Shown: positions 29,501 through 37,804 of the stretch, piece by piece
Layout of the letters: each line of letters starts with the position of its first letter
Numbering within the stretch: the first letter of the stretch is position 1
Virus record (IMG/VR): IMGVR_UViG_3300043409_001491
Location: 1-64,000 of that record
Strand: one strand, 5' to 3'
Source of the DNA: a virus
DNA length: 64,000 nt
Notes under the pieces: generated by a model
What the model was told of the DNA's origin: nothing
The model's database searches: none
Seen by the model: the letters and a program-made list of their open reading frames with translations, nothing else
Position numbers and translations under genes: made by a program

Positions 29501-29645
29501 ATTTAATTGTATGAGCAGTTTTGATACTTACTCAGGTAATTGCACTTCTTGCAGTTGGTGCGAACTGGCTCTATAGTATTTCTATTATCGCCCTAATCAG
29601 CCTGGCGAAAGTTGAGGGAGGTTTTTACGCCTCCCCCAATTTCAT

Positions 29646-30068
29646 TTATAGGTATTGTGCGATTGCGTTGTAAGTTGAGGTATTTACTGTTTCCTCATCT
29701 GTCATCTTTAACAGACGAATTGCATTTGAGATTTCTTTCTTTGACTCACGATAAGAGTGTTGATGGATTACTTCGTATTCCTTCTCAGGCTCTTGTGGCA
29801 AATCTTTTTCTGCAACTGTCAAATCAAAGTCAATGTTTAGATTGTTTGAGTATGAGCGATAGTTAGTGCGGAAGTTTTCTGCCTTCTCTATGTTTGCTAC
29901 GGCATAAGAAATAAGTTCTTTCTTATACACATCATAAGCCATCTGATACTTTGCTTCTTTTGCGTTTTGTGTTGCGTAGTCTGCTTCTAGTGTAGCAAGT
30001 GCTTGCTCTAGTCCTGCGATTACACGAACTGTTGGGATTTTTACATTTATTGCTTTTGCTCTAGCCAT
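29646..30068 (-). CDS. Hypothetical protein
   Basis: ORF followed by a hairpin terminator. Confidence 0.75.
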   Translation of the reverse strand: MARAKAINVKIPTVRVIAGLEQALATLEADYATQNAKEAKYQMAYDVYKKELISYAVANIEKAENFRTNYRSYSNNLNIDFDLTVAEKDLPQEPEKEYEVIHQHSYRESKKEISNAIRLLKMTDEETVNTSTYNAIAQYL

Positions 30069-30153
30069 CTGTTTATCTCTTTTCTTTGGTGGTTTGTTAG
30101 TGGGGGTGGTGTGAGCAGTTTTGCACAGACATACTCAGGTCTTTTGTTTTAGA

Positions 30154-30318
30154 TTACTTTGCTGTCCAAGTTGTGTAGCGAGTGTTACCTTCTACATTTA
30201 ACTTAACACGAACATTTCCGTTAGCAAGAGTTGTGATTTCCTCAATGACTCCTGTTACCTTTGACTTTTGAGTTGTGTAGGTATCTCCTACGCGATAGGT
30301 TGCGGTTGCTACTGACAT
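30154..30318 (-). CDS. Small SH3/KOW-like beta protein
   Basis: AAGGA RBS; YRVGD..TGVIEEI. Confidence 0.65.
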   Translation of the reverse strand: MSVATATYRVGDTYTTQKSKVTGVIEEITTLANGNVRVKLNVEGNTRYTTWTAK

Positions 30319-30506
30319 GATTTCCTTCTTTCTGTTTGGTTGATATTTAAGTATAACATTTCCTACTGACATTTTGCAAATCCTACCCTAACATTTCTCA
30401 CTATGTGAGATGACTAGGGGTGTGATTTGGGTCACTTTTTATGCCCCATGCCTGCGAATAGAATAATGATAAATAATACAGTTAAGATTAAGATTTCCAC
30501 TTAGCC

Positions 30507-31229
30507 TCATTTCTTAGTTGCAGAAAAAACTATGTCTGCTTTAGAGTATACACACAATGAGCAAGAAACGCAAGCGGAGCCTTTTGTACTGATTAGAGGT
30601 ATCTGCCTATTATTCTCAGGACACTTCGCGGCAGGGCGATTAGTAAGTGCCTTCATGTCTGCTTGTCCTATTAGAAAGTTTTTAGCAAGGTATGCAAGAC
30701 GAATGCCATGATCATTTTTCAGGGTAACGCCAATAGACTTATTCTCACTATCTGTGGAATAATATAAAGATAGATTAGCAATGTCCTTAAGCATAACAGC
30801 GGCAGACTTAACTCTAGTGTATACCCAGAATTGTATATTAGTATTGTTAAGGATGATATTCTTCCATGCTTGTGTATAAGTATCATTGAAGAAATCTCCG
30901 TCCCAGTGGATACGGAATAGTTTTGGGGCATTGCGTTTATCACAGTCAATAATAAACTCATCTATCATTTGAGTTAATAACACCTGCATGGTGTCAAGGT
31001 CTGCGTCTTTGAGTAATTCCCAGTTATGCAATAAGTTTTTCTTTACCGCTGGGAAGACCTTTTCCAATTTGCCTGCATAGCAAACAGTCTCACAGACAGT
31101 AGTTGCGCCAGGACATGAATAGGCCTTTCCTGCTGGTAATCCGAAAGTGTTGGCGATACTTGCTTGTTTTCCATTTGGTGTGACGGCATTGGCTACTTTC
31201 CTATCTTTGCTTCTAAGTAATTTAGTCAT
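30507..31229 (-). CDS. Gp88-like (radical-SAM-like Cys-rich) phage protein
   Basis: CPGATTVCETVCYA, RIHWDGDF, WVYTR and C-terminal CxxCxxC. Confidence 0.8.
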   Translation of the reverse strand: MTKLLRSKDRKVANAVTPNGKQASIANTFGLPAGKAYSCPGATTVCETVCYAGKLEKVFPAVKKNLLHNWELLKDADLDTMQVLLTQMIDEFIIDCDKRNAPKLFRIHWDGDFFNDTYTQAWKNIILNNTNIQFWVYTRVKSAAVMLKDIANLSLYYSTDSENKSIGVTLKNDHGIRLAYLAKNFLIGQADMKALTNRPAAKCPENNRQIPLISTKGSACVSCSLCVYSKADIVFSATKK

Positions 31230-31485
31230 GGTGGGTTACTCGCTTTCTTGTTCTAATTCTACTACAGGGGACTGACAAATATTCTTTCTAGAATAAGTTT
31301 TCTTTGAAGGCACAGCCGTAGCAGCGTTAGACCTACGTAATTCCATAAGTCTACGTAATTCTTCAGGTGTTTTCTTCATACTTAATTTTAGCAGAAATGG
31401 GAAAAAATGTCAACTTACGTAAACGACACGCCCAGTGCGCCCGAGGTTTTTTATGCGGGGAAGTGCATAAAAACTTTAGTAATTA

Positions 31486-31716
31486 TTATTCTTCAAAAAA
31501 TACATACCACTCAATAGTTTCATCATCAAATAAATAAACATGACCCTCTTCATTAAAATCATTTCTAGTGTAAATATTAAATCCATCTGCATTTTCTGTA
31601 ATGGTTTCAATAGTTACACATTCATCATCAACCTTAATTAGATCGCCTTCCATAAGTTGAGAGGGCAATAAGTTATCAGCAAATCTAAGTTCCATGCTGT
31701 TTATTGTATCAGACAT
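31486..31716 (-). CDS. Small acidic hypothetical protein
   Basis: GAGG RBS. Confidence 0.65.
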   Translation of the reverse strand: MSDTINSMELRFADNLLPSQLMEGDLIKVDDECVTIETITENADGFNIYTRNDFNEEGHVYLFDDETIEWYVFFEE

Positions 31717-31717
31717 T

Positions 31718-31993
31718 TCAATCCTCATCTACTGGGTCAATGAACCAATTAAGGTGGTGTTGGTCTACAATCGCTCTTGCTGGTGCGTGACTCATACCCT
31801 TATAGAATACGCCTTCAGGCATAGCAATAAATCTTTCATAGTCCTCATCATAGTAAGCGTCAATAGCCTCAATACAAGGCTGAACCATAGAAAGTGGTAC
31901 TGGTGGATAGTGATTACCCCGTAAGTGATACGCTAATTGCGTTTCTAAATCTAATACTGTATCTTTGATACCTAGTGCTGTTACGCTTCCCAT
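31718..31993 (-). CDS. Hypothetical phage protein
   Basis: HLRGNHYPPVP motif. Confidence 0.75.
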   Translation of the reverse strand: MGSVTALGIKDTVLDLETQLAYHLRGNHYPPVPLSMVQPCIEAIDAYYDEDYERFIAMPEGVFYKGMSHAPARAIVDQHHLNWFIDPVDED

Positions 31994-32211
31994 TATTTAC
32001 TTACGACCTTTCGTCCTTCACGATAGAAAGTGGTGGTGTGCATTTTTCCATTAGGCTCTGATAGATTAACTGTTGCGTATTCATCAGCCATTCCCCAATC
32101 AGTAAACGATAGATAAGACTTTACTGCATCAAGTGCGTTGTCATAGCGACCAATCCAATGAGGCGACCTATCTCCGTCATAGGTGTTTGTTACTGAATAT
32201 AGATATTCCAT
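31993..32211 (-). CDS. Hypothetical protein
   Basis: Coupled ORF; AAGGAG RBS. Confidence 0.7.
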   Translation of the reverse strand: MEYLYSVTNTYDGDRSPHWIGRYDNALDAVKSYLSFTDWGMADEYATVNLSEPNGKMHTTTFYREGRKVVSK

Positions 32212-32393
32212 TATGCATTCTCCTTAGTGTATTCATTCATTTCATTCTCAGCATACCATAGGGTGTATTCAATCGCAATCGCTGTACCCTTTTCACAATC
32301 GTTGCAAAAATCTGTAATAAACTCATTCTTCATTATGAGTCCTTCATCATAGCAAGTGTAGCAAGTGCCAATCTCATCAAATAAGTTTCCCAT
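32211..32393 (-). CDS. Small Zn-finger protein
   Basis: Two CxxC; AAGGAG RBS. Confidence 0.65.
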   Translation of the reverse strand: MGNLFDEIGTCYTCYDEGLIMKNEFITDFCNDCEKGTAIAIEYTLWYAENEMNEYTKENA

Positions 32394-32504
32394 TATTTAT
32401 ACTCCTTAACGCAATTAGTGCAAATAGAATAGTTAGTGCAATAGCATGATTTCGCATTAGGGCGAAGCATATCTGTTTCATAGTAGTCATCATAGAAATC
32501 CATA

Positions 32505-32735
32505 TTAGTCCCCTACCTTTACTGCAATCGTAGCATAAAAATCTTCCTTGGGCAAATCAGGGAACCCACGATAGGTAGGGCGTACTGTTACAAGATAGGC
32601 TTCAGCATTATGAAAATAAATATTTTCACGCTTTTCTGCATACTGTATAATTCCTTCCAAGCCTCTACGCTTTAGAGAGTGTGAGCGATAATACTTACCT
32701 TCAAGTAAATCTGTTATTGTGTATTCTGTAGCCAT
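32505..32735 (-). CDS. Hypothetical protein
   Basis: First gene after a TGTCAG promoter. Confidence 0.7.
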   Translation of the reverse strand: MATEYTITDLLEGKYYRSHSLKRRGLEGIIQYAEKRENIYFHNAEAYLVTVRPTYRGFPDLPKEDFYATIAVKVGD

Positions 32736-33092
32736 AGGGGCGACCTCTTTCTTTAGTTAATTTATTATTACTCTGTAATCCTACCATGGCAGGCTGACAA
32801 AAATCTAATTACTAGCCAGTAGTCTTAAATAATGAGACGCTCAAGGATTGTGAGAAAAATCACATCGTACGTAAAGTTATCCACAGCCTGTGGAAAACCC
32901 CCCGAGAAAATATTGAGCAGTTTTATATCTTGCTCAGGATTTTATTTTATTTGTTGCGTTCATCTCGCAATTTAAGTTGCAGCCTGCGAATTTCTTTCTG
33001 TTGTTCAATGTTGTGTTTCCAAAATACAAGCATCATTGAAAGAGATCCAGCAAGTGCAATTACAATTGCAATAAGTGTTCCAGTGTCAAGAA

Positions 33093-33275
33093 TCATACTG
33101 TTTCCATCTCCTTAACGCAAGCATCCCAAAATCTTGTTTCATCAAATCTTGGATTGTCTGCACTAAACCACTCGCTGAATTCAAAAACTAAATCTTGAAA
33201 TACGTGTGAGTCAATAGTATCTGCAAACTGGTTTAGAATTTTTGCAGTTTCTACATAGTCTTTGCGTGTCATCAT
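33093..33275 (-). CDS. Hypothetical phage protein
   Basis: MTRKDY...DNPRFD..RF. Confidence 0.7.
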   Translation of the reverse strand: MMTRKDYVETAKILNQFADTIDSHVFQDLVFEFSEWFSADNPRFDETRFWDACVKEMETV

Positions 33276-33481
33276 TAGTTGGCCACCTTTAGAATTGCAT
33301 AAGAGCCATTTTCATTTATTTCATCAAGGGCTGGCTGAATTCTTGGCGCAAGTAAATCTTTTAGCATTGACTCTAGCATTTGAATTTGCATTGACTCTGA
33401 AAGTCTAAGCAGTTGCATTCCTACTGGGTGAGTTTCGTCAACCTCTGTTACGAAGTGAAGTGAGTGAGGTATTTTTACCAT
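33275..33481 (-). CDS. Hypothetical protein
   Basis: Coupled ORF. Confidence 0.65.
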   Translation of the reverse strand: MVKIPHSLHFVTEVDETHPVGMQLLRLSESMQIQMLESMLKDLLAPRIQPALDEINENGSYAILKVAN

Positions 33482-33656
33482 GTTTTTTATTTCCTATTCT
33501 TTTAGTTGGATTCAGGGGTATTGAATAAATTAAGGTCTTGCTCTAGTGAAAAATCACATTCGCAAGTTTCTACATCAAAATCATTAGCGTTACCAAAAAA
33601 TAGTAACCCTGTTGAATTGCATTCCTCGCAAGGAATTGTTAGGACTGAGTTTATCA

Positions 33657-33842
33657 TTATACTAAGGCCTTCCCTCTAAGTGTTCCACGAATACCAAGCA
33701 AGTCGCATGATACTTTTACAGATACGCCAACAGGTAGCGCATTAGGATAGTTAGAGATAAAATCTGCAACCTGTCCTCTAGTTGATAGGGGAATTGTTTT
33801 TACTGAACCTGAATAGGTTTCTAGTTTTATAGTGTAAGTCAT
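33657..33842 (-). CDS. Hypothetical protein
   Basis: GAAAGGA RBS after a TGTCAG promoter. Confidence 0.7.
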   Translation of the reverse strand: MTYTIKLETYSGSVKTIPLSTRGQVADFISNYPNALPVGVSVKVSCDLLGIRGTLRGKALV

Positions 33843-33901
33843 TTGGTGACTTCCTTTCGTTTTAGTGATAAGACTATCTTACCATTAGGGGCTGACATTT
33901 T

Positions 33902-33979
33902 AGGGCATTTATTCGCTAGGCTCATTGTGATACTGGTCACACTTATTTGCTAGGCTCATGCCCTTATTTAATTGTTATA
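33902..33979 (-). ncRNA. Putative small RNA with a symmetric GAGCCUAGCRAAUAA internal loop
   Basis: Own TTGCTT-17-TATACT promoter, no ORF, AGGGCAU/AUGCCCU outer stem. Confidence 0.5.
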
Positions 33980-35251
33980 AGGCAAGTATAGCAAAAAAAT
34001 ATCAAGAAAGCAAATCGACACGCCGTAAATCAGGGGAATAGTAGTGTGATCTTAACCACATAAGTTATACACAGGCTGTGGAAAACCCCGAGCAAAAATT
34101 GCAGAGTTTTTATTTCTGCAATCTTTTTTATTTATGCTCCGTTATGAAACCAAACTACAAGAGCAGTGCAAGTCATAGCAATAAGAATAACTATCATTTA
34201 TTTATTCTCAATCTCATCTAATAGTTCCCAAAGTATTGGCTCTAATTCTTTAGCAGCCAAATCTAATTTATCTTGTAAGGTTTTCATTTATTTAACTCCC
34301 TTGTATAGAAAATCCCAAGCCTTACGGCAGATTAAAATTGAACGGCAGTTATCACAACAGATAACACCATGGGGGTTAAGGTCTAAGTCATAGACATCAA
34401 CAGAGGCAGAAGACTTACCACATACAGAAGCAAGGTTTAGAAATGTACTCATTTAGTTAAATACCAATCTGTCCACATAGGTAGACGCTCAGGGTCATGG
34501 TCGCCATAGTAGCGCTCAATATTTTGTTCACAATCTTGGCAGAAAGTAAATTGCTCATCTCCTACTGAGGAGATAGCGGAAAGCATAGGATTATGCTCTT
34601 TACATATTGTTGAGATAGTCATTACTTGACCCCCTCAAACAATTCTTTACACTTGTTAGGATTTTCCCACCAAGTGAAACCTGCGTGATACTTAGCAGGG
34701 GCGAGGACAACCTGTCCACAAGGGCAGAGGTTCATTACACCTCTAGGGTAATCGCTAACAGTAGCGAACTTTTCAAACAATGAATTCATTTTGAATTCCT
34801 TTCTTTAGAGGATTTCTTTACCTCTTGTTTTTCTTTATACTGTAATTGTAGCAGGGGGGACTGACAAATTGGGGGGTTACTGGCCAGTATTTTAAAACTA
34901 TTTTTGTGATACTCGTCACATTTACCCGAGCAAAAAATCGTAGGTTTTATTCTACGATCTTTTTTTTATTTAGAATAACTTCCAGATTTTATTAGCAAGT
35001 CTAACTTTTTTGCTAGTGGGTCAATGTATTCATCTTCCCAAAAGTTTTCTATTTCTAGTTTTTCTACATAGTCTCTCATTTAGTTCTCCTCTCTTTCTAG
35101 TAGGAATAAATTGTTTAGTGTTTGATTAGCACGATTAAGAGTGTTGAGCAATTCACGATTAGCGAACGCTTGGCGTTCCTCAGCATACTTAGCCTGTTGG
35201 GCTAGTCGCAATTCCTCTAAGCGAGGGGATAGTTTAGGGTTAGTCATTTAC

Positions 35252-35476
35252 TTATTCCCAACTTCTACTAGTAGCGTACACCTTGCGATTGCTAGGTGTG
35301 TAGTTAGGTAACTCAGTTAGAGCAACCTCTAGGATAGTACCTTGTAAGGCTACTATGTCTAAGTATTCGTTAGCGTAGACTTCGCTAGGTACTACTAGAG
35401 TAGTTGTACTAAACTCTCTTGAGAGAGGATAGTTTGGGTTAGAGTTATACTCTACCTTGTATTTTAGTGAAAACAT
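35252..35476 (-). CDS. Hypothetical protein
   Basis: GAAAGGA RBS after a TGTCAG promoter. Confidence 0.7.
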   Translation of the reverse strand: MFSLKYKVEYNSNPNYPLSREFSTTTLVVPSEVYANEYLDIVALQGTILEVALTELPNYTPSNRKVYATSRSWE

Positions 35477-35527
35477 TTTGTTTTCCTTTCTTTATCAAGA
35501 ACCTTTCTTGATTTTCTTTATACTAGT

Positions 35528-35735
35528 ATTATAACACCTACCACTGACATTTAGGGGTGTACAAAACGGACATATGGTACATATGCCACTGTGACATACA
35601 TCATGTGGATAACTTGAGCGTGTTTTAAGGGTGTGATGTGCGTCATGTGGATAACTACCCGAGCCAAAATGTGAGGTAGATCACATGCAGGATACGGCGT
35701 GTCGCCTTGACTTTTAGGGGTATCTATGTTATACT
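35528..35735. promoter_or_regulatory. Divergent promoter region with CRP, DnaA and GACAC sites
   Basis: TGTGGATAA at 35604 and 35646, TGTGA-N6-TCACA at 35670, GGCGTGTCG at 35696 abutting TTGACT-17-TATACT. Confidence 0.8.
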
Positions 35736-35780
35736 TCTAGTATTAGATAGTTAAAGTATAACTATAAAGAAAGGTTCAAA

Positions 35781-35891
35781 ATGAACACTATAGAAAAAAA
35801 TGAGGCTCTCGCTCAGACACCTGAGCAGACCCTAGCAGACTATGCTAGATTAGACGCACTTATCGCTAAGGGTACCTACTCAGATAAGTGA
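35781..35891 (+). CDS. Small hypothetical protein
   Basis: GAAAGG RBS; MNTIEKNEALAQTPEQ... Confidence 0.55.
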   Translation: MNTIEKNEALAQTPEQTLADYARLDALIAKGTYSDK

Positions 35892-36072
35892 CCTATATCA
35901 CACCACGCCAACGGCGTGTCGCCTTGACTTTTCAGGGGATATAGGATACCCTTACAGGTATAACAATTAAATAGTAACACAAATCCTAGTGAGCCCTACA
36001 TAGTAGGCAAATAACTTAGGTCAGCAAAAAGGTTAGCAAATCGCTAACAGTTAAAAACGAAAGGTGTTCACA

Positions 36073-36246
36073 ATGAATACACTAAACAGAATAAAAGCAG
36101 AGCAAGACCTTGCTCGCTCAATCGCTCATGAGAAAGCAATCGCTAAGTCTCCATGGATACGTGAAAGCGTAGAAGCCTATCGCTCAGCAGATGAGGCACA
36201 GATAGCCACAGTAGAGGCTATACGCAAGCAATGGTATGGTTTCTAA
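36073..36246 (+). CDS. Hypothetical protein
   Basis: GAAAGGT RBS. Confidence 0.7.
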   Translation: MNTLNRIKAEQDLARSIAHEKAIAKSPWIRESVEAYRSADEAQIATVEAIRKQWYGF

Positions 36247-36333
36247 CATGACTATACTACTCATCATCTCTCTAGTATCTTTTATCTTTATCCCTATTGG
36301 AATCTACCTAACTAACGAAGGACACATCTAAAA

Positions 36334-36501
36334 ATGACTATCACATACTCAATTTGGCAAGGCTCAAAACTTATCTCTATCGACAACGTTGCACATGAGG
36401 TTAAAGCAATAGACCACCTCATTGCATCACTCAACGCCAGTGAATTAGGCAAGGTAAAAAAGTTTACTGCTAACGTTATGCACATCAAGGCAGGTGAATA
36501 A
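36334..36501 (+). CDS. Small hypothetical protein
   Basis: GAAGGA RBS; MTITYSIWQGSKLIS... Confidence 0.6.
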   Translation: MTITYSIWQGSKLISIDNVAHEVKAIDHLIASLNASELGKVKKFTANVMHIKAGE

Positions 36502-36777
36502 ATGTTATCAGCGATGTATGCACACACATGCGAGACCTGTGGAGATACAGGTATTATTATATTTGATGAAAGCAATACACATATAGACCCTTGCAGGTGT
36601 GTATAAAAAATATTTGTCAATAGTATAAGATCTTTAGCGGGTACCGTGTGCTCACTGTTTTATCTATATTTATTTTATTTATCTATGTATCATACACGTA
36701 TAGAAAATATTCAGATTTTGGTCAAACCTCAAATACAAAATTTTTCAGATTTTCACGGGATATGATAGAATAATACT

Positions 36778-36915
36778 ATGGCTATATTAAACAACCTAGA
36801 TAACGACAAACCACTATTTGAAACAGAATCATCTTCTCTGGCTATAAAGGTTTTTTCAGAAACCTGTTGCAATGGATGTTCTTGCAAATCTGAATCAGAT
36901 CACAAACCAGTATAA
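36778..36915 (+). CDS. Small Cys-rich protein
   Basis: Leaderless after TGATAGAAT; CCNGCSC. Confidence 0.55.
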   Translation: MAILNNLDNDKPLFETESSSLAIKVFSETCCNGCSCKSESDHKPV

Positions 36916-36954
36916 CTATTTGTTACATTCAAATAAATAACATATAATTAAACT

Positions 36955-37176
36955 ATGAATTCTGAAACGGTATTGGTTCAAGACAAATCTAGACCTATCC
37001 TGGCTATTAACAGATGTGATTACTGTGATGCTCCAGCAATGGTCAGAGCAACTCTTATAAACGGAGAACTATATTTTTGTGGTCATCATGCTAGAAAAAC
37101 AGGGAATAAACTCGTTATACAATCAATAAATGTTTTTGATCCTGAAGGCGTATTTAATTTCGGTAAACAAGGATAA
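36955..37176 (+). CDS. Small Zn-binding protein, paralogue of 4210..4437
   Basis: RCDYC and LYFCGHH. Confidence 0.75.
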   Translation: MNSETVLVQDKSRPILAINRCDYCDAPAMVRATLINGELYFCGHHARKTGNKLVIQSINVFDPEGVFNFGKQG

Positions 37177-37177
37177 A

Positions 37178-37384
37178 TCACCATTTCCCAACGGGACACT
37201 TAGCATTTTGTAACATAGACTTAGCAGCCATAAAGCAACCACACTTCTGACATGTTTGTGTTCTTGGTCTAAAAAATTCACAGGTTTTACAAATTTCTAG
37301 TCTTGCTGCTGCTACTTCCTCTGGTGATCTGGGGGAACCATTAAATAAGTCCCAAGGCCTAACATCTTTTTCTTTATCACTCAT
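37178..37384 (-). CDS. Cys-rich protein, paralogue of 42267..42494
   Basis: RPW, RL.ICKTC, CxKCGCFMAAK and CPxGKW. Confidence 0.8.
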   Translation of the reverse strand: MSDKEKDVRPWDLFNGSPRSPEEVAAARLEICKTCEFFRPRTQTCQKCGCFMAAKSMLQNAKCPVGKW

Positions 37385-37537
37385 ATATCTATTATAGCCC
37401 ATACGGAGATATCATTCCAGTACTTGACACTAGTAGAGTATATTACTCTTATGTTGTCAGGTGGAGGTTTGTACTCTATTTTCGGCTTAATTCGTATCCC
37501 GCCGAATTTGAAATAAAAATAATGTATAATGGGATAC

Positions 37538-37804
37538 ATGACGATTCAAGACTGGGCTGCGCTAATTCTTTCGATTCTTTCAATTATCGCAGTACTCGCG
37601 GGTGGCATCAAATGGTTAGTAAAACATTATTTGAGCGAACTTAAACCAAATTCTGGATCATCGATGAAAGATCAAATTTCAAGATTAGAAACCGCTTTAG
37701 AAGATCAAAGAGTTGACTCTATAAATTCTAGAAATCGACAAGAGAAAAAACTTGATGAGATGTATAAAATTCTACTTGATCATATTGCTAAATTAACTAA
37801 ATAG
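37538..37804 (+). CDS. Membrane-anchored coiled-coil protein
   Basis: N-terminal TM helix; ELKPNSGSSMKD. Confidence 0.75.
   Translation: MTIQDWAALILSILSIIAVLAGGIKWLVKHYLSELKPNSGSSMKDQISRLETALEDQRVDSINSRNRQEKKLDEMYKILLDHIAKLTK

Larger units (their letters stand above)
26864..35549 (-). promoter_or_regulatory. Family of nine TGTCAG-N10-TANNNT promoters
   Basis: CTGACA on + at 26880, 28715, 29377, 30366, 31272, 32794, 33892, 34861 and 35544, each exactly 10 nt from a -10 hexamer. Confidence 0.85.
26903..35902. promoter_or_regulatory. Multiple CRP-type TGTGA-N6-TCACA sites
   Basis: Perfect at 28784, 32849, 33926, 34905 and 35670; near-perfect at 26903, 30421, 34045, 35590, 35632 and 35887. Confidence 0.8.
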
